Below the pieces are notes generated by a model that worked only from the letters and a program-made list of their open reading frames with translations, had not been told where the DNA came from and did not search any database. Below, piece by piece: positions 32,275 through 41,750 of a stretch of 64,000 nucleotides of DNA. Each line of letters opens with the position of its first letter. Within the stretch, counting starts at the first letter, position 1. Both the position numbers and the translations under genes were made by a program. The stretch is taken from assembly GCA_963705305.1 (NCBI GenBank), contig OY970067.1, positions 3,808,001 through 3,872,000 on the forward strand, given 5' to 3'. The stretch is from an uncultured Methylomirabilota bacterium (GTDB lineage Bacteria > Methylomirabilota > Methylomirabilia > Methylomirabilales > 2-02-FULL-66-22).

Positions 32275-33420
32275 ATGAAGATCACCGGCATCGAGACCTA
32301 CGTCCTGCAGGCGATGCTCGACGGCAAGGCCTTCGGCTGGTCGCAGCGGGTGACGGACCGCCGCCAGGCGGCGCTCTGCGTGATCTCCACCGACGCGGGC
32401 ATCCAGGGGGCCGGCGAAGCGTTCTACTTCGGCGGCCCGGCCACAATCGTGGCCCGGATCATGACCGAGGGATTCGGCCCGCTGCTGATCGGCCGGGATC
32501 CCCTGGACACCTCGGTGATCTGGGACGGGCTCTACAACTGGACCCGCGACCAAGGGCAGAAGGGGGTCCCCATCTCCGCCATCAGCGCGATCGACATCGC
32601 GCTCTGGGACATCAAGGGCAAGGCCCTGGGCCTGCCGGTGTACCGTCTGCTCGGCGGCGCCTACCGGACCCGCGCGCGGGTCTACGCCACGGGGCTCTAC
32701 GAGCCCCAGGGGGTCCCCAGCGTCACGGAGGCGCTGGTGGAGGAGGCGCTGGGGTACAAGGCGGCCGGCTTCTGTGGGATGAAGCTGAAGGTGGGGTACG
32801 ATCCCGCCACCGATCTCCGGTACATCAAGGCCATCCGGGCGGCCGTCGGCGAGGATCTGCATCTCATGGTGGACGCCAACCACGCCTACAACGCGCCCGA
32901 GGCCATCCGCCTGGCCCGCGCCATGGAGCCGTACAACATCACCTGGTTCGAAGAGCCGGTGCCCCCCGAGGATCTGGACGTCTACGCGGAGGTCCGGCGG
33001 GGCTCCCGGGTCCCCATCGCGGGCGGGGAGTGCGAGTACACCCGCTACGGGTTCCGCGAGCTGATCAACCGACGGGCGGTGGACATCCTCCAGCCGGATC
33101 TCTGCGCCATGGGCGGCTTCAGCGAGATGCTGAAGGTCATCTCCATGGCCAGCGCGGCCAATCTCCCGGTCATTCCCCACGTCTGGGGAACCGCCGTGGG
33201 CCTGGCCGCGTCGCTCCAGCTCTTTGCCGCCCTGCCGCACTTTCCCGAGCGTCGCTTCCCGGCCGAGCCGTTCTTCGAGTACGATCGGTCCCCGCATCCC
33301 TTCCGCGATGGGGTGGCCCACGAGCGCTTTGTCATGCGGGACGGGTATCTTGACATCCCGGATCGCTCCGGCCTGGGGGTCACCCTGGACCTGGATTTCG
33401 TGCGTCGCTACGCCGCCTGA
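32275..33420 (+). CDS. Mandelate racemase/muconate lactonizing enzyme family protein
   Basis: DIALWDIKGK, KLKVG, MVDAN, WFEEP, AGGE, LQPD. Confidence 0.92.
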   Translation: MKITGIETYVLQAMLDGKAFGWSQRVTDRRQAALCVISTDAGIQGAGEAFYFGGPATIVARIMTEGFGPLLIGRDPLDTSVIWDGLYNWTRDQGQKGVPISAISAIDIALWDIKGKALGLPVYRLLGGAYRTRARVYATGLYEPQGVPSVTEALVEEALGYKAAGFCGMKLKVGYDPATDLRYIKAIRAAVGEDLHLMVDANHAYNAPEAIRLARAMEPYNITWFEEPVPPEDLDVYAEVRRGSRVPIAGGECEYTRYGFRELINRRAVDILQPDLCAMGGFSEMLKVISMASAANLPVIPHVWGTAVGLAASLQLFAALPHFPERRFPAEPFFEYDRSPHPFRDGVAHERFVMRDGYLDIPDRSGLGVTLDLDFVRRYAA

Positions 33421-33644
33421 GGCGCGCGGACGGTCGCGGGACGCGCGACTTCCTCGGGCAGGGAGGCCGGCCCCAGGCACCGCTGAACACGGCGGCGCGG
33501 GCAATGTCCTCGGTCCGCACCCGATTCACGTCAAATCCTTCCAGCCGGCTTCGGACTTTCTCCCAGGCCTGGTCGAATGAGGACAGGGTCTTGCGCGCGT
33601 TGACACCCTCCGGGGACCATGCTAAGTTCGCGCCCGGTGTCGCG

Positions 33645-33923
33645 ATGGTCCACCACGCGCTCCGCCTCGAACTCTATACCAAGCCAGGCTGTCATCTGGC
33701 GAACGACCTCCGCGCCATCTGCCAACGGCTGGCCGCCGAGGTGGCGATCGAGTTCGCGGAAGTGAACATCGAAGACGATCCGGTGCTCCTCGCCCGCTAC
33801 GAGGGGGAGGTGCCGATCCTGTTCGTGGAGGGGCGGAGGGTGGTAAGATTCCGCACGTCCGAGCGGGAGCTCCGCCGGATCTTGCGGTGGCAGATGCTGC
33901 GTCGGCGTCTGCTGGGAAGGTAG
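33645..33923 (+). CDS. Glutaredoxin-like (DUF836) protein
   Basis: LYTKPGCHL, EVNIE, EVPILFV; upstream TTGACA-17-TAAGTT. Confidence 0.75.
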   Translation: MVHHALRLELYTKPGCHLANDLRAICQRLAAEVAIEFAEVNIEDDPVLLARYEGEVPILFVEGRRVVRFRTSERELRRILRWQMLRRRLLGR

Positions 33924-34027
33924 TTCAGGCATCGACGGTGAGCCGGGCCTGGGGCAGGCCCGATCATCGGTGAGCCGTCACGGGGCGGGCGGCGAGGAGC
34001 CGCCTGTTACGCCGTGCGAGGAGCGAC

Positions 34028-35410
34028 ATGGGCCAAGGACAGCACAGGGCGGGAGGCGGGCCGCAGCGGGTGTGGGATCTGTTTTCGCGCGCCAATCCGG
34101 GCTCGGCGGCGCTGAGCCGACGATCCGGGGGCAGTATTGCGGGCGGGATCACCCACGACATCCGGCATCTGAAGCCGTTTCCCGTCTACGTCGAGCGGGC
34201 GGAAGGCACCCGAAAGTGGACCGTGGACGGCCAAGAGCTGATCGACTTCTGGATGGGGCACGGGGCTTTGCTCTTGGGACACGGTTACCCGGCGATCCTG
34301 GAGGCAATCCGGGCACAGCTGGCGCGCGGCACCCACTATGGAGCCTGCCACGAGCTGGAGATTCAGTGGGCGGAATGGGTGCAGCGGCTGGTACCCTCGG
34401 CAGAGCGCGTGCGGTTTACCAGCTCGGGAACGGAGGCCACCCACCTGGCGCTTCGACTGGCCCGGGCCTACACGGGGAAACCCAAGATCGTTAAGCTCGA
34501 AGGACACTTCCACGGCTGGCACGATTCCGCTTTGGCGGGTGTGAAGCCCCCGTACGGGATTCCCATGTCGGCAGGTATCCCCGAGGAGGCTCTGACGCAA
34601 GTTCTCCTGTGCCCCCCCAACGACCTGGCCGGCATGGAGAGACTTCTCGGTCAGCGGCAGGATATCGCCGGGGTCATTCTGGAACCGGGCGGGGGCAGCA
34701 GCGGGACGATACCGACTGATCCGGCGTATCTGCAAAGCCTGCGCGACCTGACACGTCGACACAGCGTGGTGCTCATCTTCGACGAAGTGATCACCGGCTT
34801 CCGCTACGCCCCCGGAGGGGTGCAGGAAGTCGTTGGCGTCACACCGGACATGACCGCGCTGGCCAAGATCCTGGCCGGGGGCCTGCCGGGTGGGGCCATC
34901 GCAGGCCGCGCAGACATTATGGCCGGATTGGCATTCGACCGGGATGCCGGGGGAGACCGCCGGCGGCGGGTGGCCCACGCCGGCACCTACAATGCCAACC
35001 CTCTCTCGGCGACGGCCGGGGTTGCCATGCTGAGTCGGATCGCAGACGGCGAGCCGCAGCGCCGGGCGGCGGATGCGGCAGCGGCCCTGCGGACAGAACT
35101 GTCGAATGTTTGGCGGCGACTCGGCGTCCCGGGATGCGTGTACGGAGAGTCCTCGGTGGTCAATTACTCCCTGGAGCCGGACCTCCGGGCGGGGCCCGCC
35201 GTGGGGAGCGGGCAGCATGCTCGGCTCCAACTGACGGCGAATGCCGACGCCTACCATGCGCTTCGCTGCGCGTTGATCATGAATGGGGTGGATATCTGTC
35301 CGCTGCACGGCTGGGTATCGGCGGCGCATGGCCAGCAGGAGATCGATCTGACCGCCCAGGCGTTCGAGAAGGCGTTGCTGCTGCTTCGCGAAGAAGGCGT
35401 CCTTGACTGA
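34028..35410 (+). CDS. Class III aminotransferase (GSA aminomutase-like)
   Basis: SSGTEA, GHFHG, LIFDEVITGFR, LAKILAGG, GTYNANP. Confidence 0.9.
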   Translation: MGQGQHRAGGGPQRVWDLFSRANPGSAALSRRSGGSIAGGITHDIRHLKPFPVYVERAEGTRKWTVDGQELIDFWMGHGALLLGHGYPAILEAIRAQLARGTHYGACHELEIQWAEWVQRLVPSAERVRFTSSGTEATHLALRLARAYTGKPKIVKLEGHFHGWHDSALAGVKPPYGIPMSAGIPEEALTQVLLCPPNDLAGMERLLGQRQDIAGVILEPGGGSSGTIPTDPAYLQSLRDLTRRHSVVLIFDEVITGFRYAPGGVQEVVGVTPDMTALAKILAGGLPGGAIAGRADIMAGLAFDRDAGGDRRRRVAHAGTYNANPLSATAGVAMLSRIADGEPQRRAADAAAALRTELSNVWRRLGVPGCVYGESSVVNYSLEPDLRAGPAVGSGQHARLQLTANADAYHALRCALIMNGVDICPLHGWVSAAHGQQEIDLTAQAFEKALLLLREEGVLD

Positions 35411-35449
35411 TGGCGGCGGGCCGTGTCCTTTCCATAGGCGCAGGGACGC

Positions 35450-35713
35450 TCAGAGGCGTCCCGTCAGCTTGCGATGGCTCTGGGGAGGTGGACAGCCGGT
35501 TGACGGGGCCTGGTTCCTCGGGCAGGATAGGGCCGAGGTTGAAGGAGTCGCAACACAATGCCTCGCCCTCCCGCCGAAATCCGGCGCCTCGAAGATGAGG
35601 AGCGCCGTCGGCTGCGCGCCCACCGACGGCTGATATGGGGGCGTCGCCTGCGTGCCGGCCTCTGGATCCTGGGTGGCATCTTGGCCTTGGGGGGATTTCT
35701 TATCATCGTGCAT
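35450..35713 (-). CDS. Small hypothetical protein, possibly frameshifted
   Basis: GAGGAGG RBS before the ATG. Confidence 0.4.
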   Translation of the reverse strand: MHDDKKSPQGQDATQDPEAGTQATPPYQPSVGAQPTALLIFEAPDFGGRARHCVATPSTSALSCPRNQAPSTGCPPPQSHRKLTGRL

Positions 35714-35840
35714 CTTTTCGCTGCCTCCTCAGGATAGGTCCTCTACCGCGAGGGGCCGTCCAATGCCTGCCGCCGATGGAGTCCCGCCAGCGTACCTCCG
35801 GGCCACAAGTATACAACGGGCTGACCCGGCCTCGGCCATA

Positions 35841-35867
35841 TGAAACACTCGGCGGGCAGGATTCGTA
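35841..35867 (+). promoter_or_regulatory. ECF-type autoregulatory promoter
   Basis: TGAAAC-17 nt-CGTA just upstream of the ECF sigma ATG. Confidence 0.6.
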
Positions 35868-35883
35868 TTACAAAGTAGGTCTC

Positions 35884-36495
35884 ATGACCAAACCAGAAGG
35901 ACGGGCGAGGGCCGGCGATGGCCCGGATGACAGTGCTTTGGTCGAGCGGGCCCTCCATGGAGACCAGGAGGCCTTTGCATCCCTCGTCCGCCAGCATCAA
36001 CGCCTGGTTTTCCGGATCGTAGGGGGGTTCTTGCGAAACCGGGCGGATGTCGAGGAGGTTGCTCAAGAGGCTTTTTTACGGGCATTTAAGGGCCTATCTG
36101 GCTTCAAGGCCGGCGCCTCCTTCGGCCCGTGGATCGCTCGAATTGCTACTCGGGTCAGCTACGACAGGCTTCGTCAGCGGCGATACGTGAGCGAAACGGG
36201 GTGGGACGATCTGACCCCGGCTGAAGAAGGGGCCACGCGCCAGGCCGCATCCGGAGGCGATCCAGTGGATCGCACCGCCGCCCGGGATCTCCTGGAGCGA
36301 GCCATGGGCTCTCTGGCTCCCAAGGACCGTCAGATCCTCCTGCTGGTGGATGCTCAGGGATTCTCGACAGTTGAGGCGGCGGAGATCATGGGGTGCACGG
36401 CCCTGGCGGCGCGTGTTCGCCTGCACCGCTCCCGTCGAGCCGTTCGAAAGAGTATCGGGTCCTTGATGGATACGCTGGAGGGTTCCCGGGGTTAG
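35884..36495 (+). CDS. ECF sigma-70 factor
   Basis: GDQEAF, VEEVAQEAFLRAF, WIARIA, RVRLHRSR. Confidence 0.9.
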   Translation: MTKPEGRARAGDGPDDSALVERALHGDQEAFASLVRQHQRLVFRIVGGFLRNRADVEEVAQEAFLRAFKGLSGFKAGASFGPWIARIATRVSYDRLRQRRYVSETGWDDLTPAEEGATRQAASGGDPVDRTAARDLLERAMGSLAPKDRQILLLVDAQGFSTVEAAEIMGCTALAARVRLHRSRRAVRKSIGSLMDTLEGSRG

Positions 36496-36573
36496 GGTGG
36501 GGCAAGGGGCCTGTAGTGCCGGCCGCGGCCGGGCAGGTCGCCTGCAATGTCAGGAGCTCGAAAGGAGGACGGC

Positions 36574-37029
36574 ATGAGCGCGTGCAGAGATATGCAAGAG
36601 CGGCTGAGGCAGCTCGCTGCGCTCTCGTCCGATGAGCTGCCACAGGACGCGCAGGAACACCTGGCCGCGTGCCCGGTGTGCCGGCGAGAACTGGCGGCGG
36701 CGCGCCTGACCCGGCATCTCATGACGGCAGCCGCCGAGGGGATGGAACCGCCGCCAGGCTTTCCGGAGCGGGTGGCGGCCGCCATTGCCAGAGAGGCCCA
36801 GCGGGTCCCGGCTGAGGCAGAGGAATGGCGGCTGGGATGGGGGCTGGTGCCGGTGTTCGCCGCCATGACCCTGGCGCTCTTCATGATGGTTCAGAACAGC
36901 ACAGTTCCCGCTCCAAGCGGCCTGGTGAACACCGAGGGACTCTCCACCAGCGAGCAGCTGGTCTTGGAGCAGTCTTCGGCGCGGCCGGACCTGATCCTCA
37001 CCGCGGTCATGGAGGATGAAGGCCGATGA
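36574..37029 (+). CDS. Zinc-binding anti-sigma factor (zf-HC2)
   Basis: HLAACPVC plus TM segment. Confidence 0.8.
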   Translation: MSACRDMQERLRQLAALSSDELPQDAQEHLAACPVCRRELAAARLTRHLMTAAAEGMEPPPGFPERVAAAIAREAQRVPAEAEEWRLGWGLVPVFAAMTLALFMMVQNSTVPAPSGLVNTEGLSTSEQLVLEQSSARPDLILTAVMEDEGR

Positions 37030-37439
37030 GACCGCGAGTGAAAGGGGGGCTCCTCCTCCTGGTGGCCTTCCTGCTGGGCGGGGCCAGCGGAGCCCTCGGG
37101 TTATGCCTCTACCAGCTCCGGACGGGCCACGGCGAGCCCGGCCGCGACCCTGCTCGTTTCCAGCGGCTCGTGCTCGCGCGGCTGACCCGCGACTTGAGCC
37201 TCACGGCGGCTCAACAGCAGCAGGTGGAAGGAATCCTCCGGGAGACAGGCCAGGAGTTTGCCAAGCTCCGGGCGGAATTCCAGCCGCAGCTCGCAGCGAT
37301 CCGCACCGGCAGCCGAGACCGGATTCGCGCTCTTCTGAATCCGGATCAGCAACAGAAGTTCGACGCCCTGGTGAAACGGTGGGAACGACACCGCGAGCGC
37401 GAGGGCGAAGGCGAGCGGGGAAGCCCCAGGGCCCCCTGA
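37026..37439 (+). CDS. Periplasmic Spy/CpxP/heavy-metal-sensor-like helical protein
   Basis: LTAAQQQQV, LLNPDQQQKF. Confidence 0.7.
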   Translation: MRPRVKGGLLLLVAFLLGGASGALGLCLYQLRTGHGEPGRDPARFQRLVLARLTRDLSLTAAQQQQVEGILRETGQEFAKLRAEFQPQLAAIRTGSRDRIRALLNPDQQQKFDALVKRWERHREREGEGERGSPRAP

Positions 37440-37673
37440 GCCCTTCGGATCATACGCCCTGCACCGAATGTATTCACGCGGGACCGCCTGCTGAGCGAGC
37501 CGGCCGTCCGAGGCTCTTCCATCGGATCCGTTTGACAGCCCCCTATCTCTCCAATTACACTCATTTTCATCATCAACTGTGGTCCGGGAGGCACGCGGCT
37601 CGGATGTGGCCTCGCAAGGGGGTCGTGTTGAGATTGGTTGCCTGCGGTTCACCGGCCGGGACGTGAGGGTGAC

Positions 37674-38129
37674 GTGGTGTCGGGGGGCGAAGCGGCTGGC
37701 TTCGAGATCTTTCCGGTGACTGCGGATAGGGGAATCCGTGCTTGGGGACCGGATCTTCCGGAGGTCTTCCGACAGGCGGCCCTGGGCCTCTGGAGCCTCA
37801 TCGTGGAGCCTGCCGCCGTCTCCAGGGTGCAGTCGACTAGGGTGGAGGCCAGCGCCGAGGACCGGGAGGCCCTGCTGGCGGCCTGGCTCAACGAGTTGCT
37901 GTTCCTGTACGAAACCCAGGGGTTTGTGGCCGCGGACTGCGCCATCCAAAGCCTGACGGAGACGACGCTCCTCGCCGAAGTGTGGGGTGAGCCGCTGGAT
38001 CGAAGGCGCCATTTCCAGGTGGGCCACGTGAAGGCGGCGACCTACCACCTGCTTTCCGTGGCTCCCACGGACGGGGGCTGGGAAGGTCGGGTAGTGGTGG
38101 ACGTTCTAGGGACGCGGGAGACCCCGTAG
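37674..38129 (+). CDS. Archease
   Basis: TADRGIRAWG, WLNELLFL, VKAATYH, VVDV. Confidence 0.85.
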   Translation: MVSGGEAAGFEIFPVTADRGIRAWGPDLPEVFRQAALGLWSLIVEPAAVSRVQSTRVEASAEDREALLAAWLNELLFLYETQGFVAADCAIQSLTETTLLAEVWGEPLDRRRHFQVGHVKAATYHLLSVAPTDGGWEGRVVVDVLGTRETP

Positions 38130-38149
38130 AACAGGAGGGAGCGGATCCG

Positions 38150-38377
38150 ATGGGAGAACAGGTTCTTATTTTCGGGAAGGATACCTGACCCTATACCACT
38201 GCCGCCCGGGAGGACTACGGCAATCGAAAGGTGGTATTCCGGTACGTGAATGTGACTAAGGATCCGGCGGGCATGAAAGAGATGCTCGGATATTCGAAGG
38301 GAGACCGGACGGTTCCGGTGGTGGTCGAGAAGGGAAAGGTCAGCATCGGCTGGGAGGGGGGCGGCTGAGCCGTTTGA
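38150..38377 (+). CDS. Uxx-star family glutaredoxin-like selenoprotein (two probable Sec)
   Basis: AGGAGG RBS; MGEQVLIFGKDT-U-PYT...TVPVVVEKGKVSIGWEGGG-U-AV-stop; TGA at 38186 and 38366; not in the ORF track. Confidence 0.85.
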
Positions 38378-38471
38378 CAGCCTTCGCCGTGCGCGGAGGA
38401 CCCGAGGGCCAAAAGGCCGGGGGACGAGAGAAGCCTCCGGTTCCGGAAGTTGAAAAGAGGGAGGTGGCGGG

Positions 38472-38885
38472 GTGACCGCCGAGTCGTCGGGCTGGGACGA
38501 GGAAGGCATCCGGGTGTGGCTGGACGAGCTGCGGGGGCTCGACCTCACGGATGCAGAGGTCGAGGCGGCCGCGCAGCGGCTTGTTGAGGGGGGCGAGTCC
38601 GCACTCCCGCTCATTCTGGAACAGTACGGCCAGGAGGATGAAACGCTGCTGGCGGTGGCCACCCAGGCGTTGATGGCCTGGCGGAAGCCGTACCCGGTGG
38701 AGCGGCTGATCGAGCGCTTGCGGGATCCCGGCGTCGATGCATTGGCCAAGGGGCTGATCCTCATGGTGTTGGAGGGATACGGCTTGGACATTCAGGACCT
38801 CCACGTTCTGGGTGTTGGCATCGACCTGGATGCGTTCTTTCAAGAGCCGACGGGCAGCGGCGACGGAGGACAGGAGCCGCGATGA
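38472..38885 (+). CDS. Helical (HEAT-like) hypothetical protein
   Basis: GGAGG RBS, acidic helical ORF, overlaps the gpsA start. Confidence 0.65.
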   Translation: MTAESSGWDEEGIRVWLDELRGLDLTDAEVEAAAQRLVEGGESALPLILEQYGQEDETLLAVATQALMAWRKPYPVERLIERLRDPGVDALAKGLILMVLEGYGLDIQDLHVLGVGIDLDAFFQEPTGSGDGGQEPR

Positions 38886-39910
38886 TCTCCCTGCCGACGC
38901 CACTTCCCGACTCGATCGCCATCGTGGGGGCGGGCGCCTGGGGGACGAGCCTGGCGGCCGTGCTCGCGGAGAGGTACCGCCGGATCTCCTTGTGGGTGTT
39001 CGAGGCCGATCTGGCTGCCAGGATGATCCGGACGCGGGAGAATGCGATTTATCTGCCGGGGGTGCGGCTGCCCGATCCGGTCCTCCCGACAGCCTCGGTG
39101 GAAGAGGCCCTGGCTGGCCAGGCTATGGTCGTGGTGGTTGTTCCGTCGCACGTGTTCAGGCCGGTCCTGGAGCGGGCCCGCGGTCTCCTCGATCCGCAAA
39201 CCCTCCTGGTGAGCGCCACGAAAGGGATCGAGGTCTCGAGCCTCTTCACCATGTCCCAGGTGATGCGCCAGGTGCTGCCTTCCCGACACCACGCGCGGCT
39301 GGCGGTCTTTTCCGGGCCCAGTTTTGCGCGCGAAGTGGCGGCGCGACGTCCGACGGCCGTCGTGGCTGCGGCGGAGGAGGCGGACATCGCTCAATCGGTC
39401 CAGCACGCGCTGAGCGGCGGCCCTCTGCGCGTCTACGCCAGCACGGACCCCTTGGGGGTGGAGCTGGGGGGAGCTATCAAGAACGTCATCGCGATCGCGG
39501 CGGGTGTCGTGGACGGCCTGGAGCTGGGGACGAACGCCCGGGCGGCGCTAGTCACACGCGGATTGGCGGAGATCACGCGCCTGGGGCTGGCTATGGGAGC
39601 GCAAGCCGGGACGTTTGCCGGTCTGGCAGGGATGGGTGATCTGATCCTGACCTGCACGGGCGACCTGTCCCGCAACCGCAGCCTCGGGAGGGCCCTGGCC
39701 GCCGGCACCCCCCTGGCCGCGTTCCAGGCCGCGTCCCCGCGCGTGGCCGAGGGGGTCAACACCTGCCGGTCCGTGGTACGGCTGGCCGAGCGATTCAGTA
39801 TCGAAATGCCGATCTGTCGGGCGGTCCACCGGGTGCTGTTCGAGGGGGAGGATCCACGCCAGGCGGTGGTCCGGCTGATGACCCGCGATCTGCGATTCGA
39901 GGGTGAGTGA
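38882..39910 (+). CDS. gpsA: NAD(P)H-dependent glycerol-3-phosphate dehydrogenase
   Basis: GAGAWGT, TKGIE, SGPSFA, KNVIAIA, GDLILTC..SRN. Confidence 0.96.
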   Translation: MISLPTPLPDSIAIVGAGAWGTSLAAVLAERYRRISLWVFEADLAARMIRTRENAIYLPGVRLPDPVLPTASVEEALAGQAMVVVVVPSHVFRPVLERARGLLDPQTLLVSATKGIEVSSLFTMSQVMRQVLPSRHHARLAVFSGPSFAREVAARRPTAVVAAAEEADIAQSVQHALSGGPLRVYASTDPLGVELGGAIKNVIAIAAGVVDGLELGTNARAALVTRGLAEITRLGLAMGAQAGTFAGLAGMGDLILTCTGDLSRNRSLGRALAAGTPLAAFQAASPRVAEGVNTCRSVVRLAERFSIEMPICRAVHRVLFEGEDPRQAVVRLMTRDLRFEGE

Positions 39911-40047
39911 GAGCGACGGCGCCGGGTACTCACCCGGGTGCCTCTTGGGCGGGATGAGTGCGGCCCCGGGGCGCAAGGTGTTCCGAGCGGACTGCCTCGC
40001 AAACCGATTGAACTATACCCTTCGGACTGAAAGCGCGCTGAGGGACG

Positions 40048-41028
40048 ATGCCGGCGAATCTCACTCCACAGTACCTGGATGCCGATAAGCGATTCAAGGC
40101 GGCCAAGACCGTCGAGGAGAAGATTGCGGCGCTGGAGGAGATGCTCGCGGTCATCCCCAAGCACAAAGGGACGGAGCGCCTCCAGGGCGACCTGAAGCGG
40201 CGCCTGGCAAAGCTGCGAACGGAGGCAGAGACCAGCCGGCGCCGCGGGGGGTTCTCCCTTTCCGTGGATCGGGAGGGGGCGGGGCAGGTTGTTCTGGTCG
40301 GACCCCCCAACGCGGGCAAGTCGGCGCTGGTGGCGGCGCTCACGAAAGCTCCCACGGACATCGGAGACTATCCCTTCACAACCCGGCGGCCGGTTGCCGG
40401 GATGATGCCCTACGTCAACATCCAGATCCAACTGGTGGACCTGCCGGCCATCTCGGATACCTTCATGGAGGCCTGGGTGCCCGGCCTGATTCGCCCGGCC
40501 GACCTCGTGCTGCTGGTCGCCGACCTGGCAAGCCCCGCCGTCCTGGAGGACCTGCAGGGGATACAGGCAATCCTGGAGCGAAGCAAGCTGGCCCTATCCG
40601 GATTGAGCGAAACCGCAGCCGCTCCGGGCTGGGCCCAGAAGCGGACGATCCTCCTGGCCAATAAACTGGACGTGGCGGGTGCGGACGCGACCCTGGAGAT
40701 CGTGCGATCCATCTACCTGCCTCGCCTTCCCGTCTTTGGCGTCTCCGCGCAGACGGGCGTCGGATTGGAAGCCCTGCGGCGGGCCATTTATGACGGCCTG
40801 GAGATCGTCCGGGTGTACTCCAAACCGCCGGGGAAGGAGCCCTCTACACAGTCGCCCGTCATTCTCTCCAAGGGCAGCAGCATCGTGGAGATGGCGGCGG
40901 CCATCCACAAAGACTTCGCGCGGCAGCTGAAATACGCGCGGGTTTGGGGGTCCACCCGGTTCGACGGGCAGCGGGTTCAGCGAGATTATGTGGTCCAGGA
41001 GGGGGATATCATCGAGCTGCACATCTAG
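40048..41028 (+). CDS. DRG/OBG-like GTPase with TGS domain
   Basis: MPANLTP, GPPNAGKS, YPFTT, DLP, NKLD, GDIIELH. Confidence 0.92.
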   Translation: MPANLTPQYLDADKRFKAAKTVEEKIAALEEMLAVIPKHKGTERLQGDLKRRLAKLRTEAETSRRRGGFSLSVDREGAGQVVLVGPPNAGKSALVAALTKAPTDIGDYPFTTRRPVAGMMPYVNIQIQLVDLPAISDTFMEAWVPGLIRPADLVLLVADLASPAVLEDLQGIQAILERSKLALSGLSETAAAPGWAQKRTILLANKLDVAGADATLEIVRSIYLPRLPVFGVSAQTGVGLEALRRAIYDGLEIVRVYSKPPGKEPSTQSPVILSKGSSIVEMAAAIHKDFARQLKYARVWGSTRFDGQRVQRDYVVQEGDIIELHI

Positions 41029-41043
41029 CCTTGAACCGAGAAG

Positions 41044-41138
41044 ACTGTTGAACCGCCATGACGCCACGGGGAAATTCGAATTTCGAAATTGGCAGGGCCC
41101 TCTTGGCGCCTTGGCGGTGAGATATGTTCGGAATGGGG
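41044..41138. repeat. CGCCAAG/TTCGAA composite repeat
   Basis: Similar to 28135-28229; reverse complement of 47300-47361. Confidence 0.8.
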
Positions 41139-41217
41139 CGAGGCGGGTTTGACCGACGCGCCGGAAACGCGTATACTGCAAACAGCGCTGGATCTGAAGG
41201 GCGCGGAAGGAGTCATC

Positions 41218-41475
41218 GTGACCGACACAAAGCGGACCGAAGACAAGGCACCGGCAATGTGTCCCTACTGGCACGAGGTCGCCGCCGATTTCACCTCCAT
41301 GTATCCGGCCGGCGGGTACTGCATTGCGGGCTGCCATAAGAAGGTCAAGGCAATGGCCGGAAAAACCGTCGAAGACCTCTGCCTCTTGAACTACGAAGGG
41401 TGCGAGGGCTACCGGCGTGTCCGGGCCGAGGAAGAGGAAAAGGCCGACCAACGGCCGGAGACGCTCCGGCGGTAG
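41218..41475 (+). CDS. Small Cys-rich hypothetical protein
   Basis: AAGGAG RBS + GTG; CPYW...YCIAGC...LC...GC.GY. Confidence 0.6.
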   Translation: MTDTKRTEDKAPAMCPYWHEVAADFTSMYPAGGYCIAGCHKKVKAMAGKTVEDLCLLNYEGCEGYRRVRAEEEEKADQRPETLRR

Positions 41476-41750
41476 CCGGCCTCCGGCGGCCTGCTCTCGT
41501 GCGCGCGGTCTAGCCTTCCACCCCCCCCTTGCAACGCGGAAGTTGTGCAGCCGGCTGCGCAGGTCACCGCCCCTGACCCGGGTATTCCGCTGAGCCCCCT
41601 GCCGTTCCGACCCCTGTTCGCTTTCCGGAATGTATCAATGGTCATGAGCTGCAAGGCGCGCGCCGCGCGGGCGGCCATTTTCGTGGCCGTGAGCGGCCGG
41701 CAGTCTCGGCGGAGTCGGGAAAGGAGCGTGATGCGGCGGGCCGGGACGAT

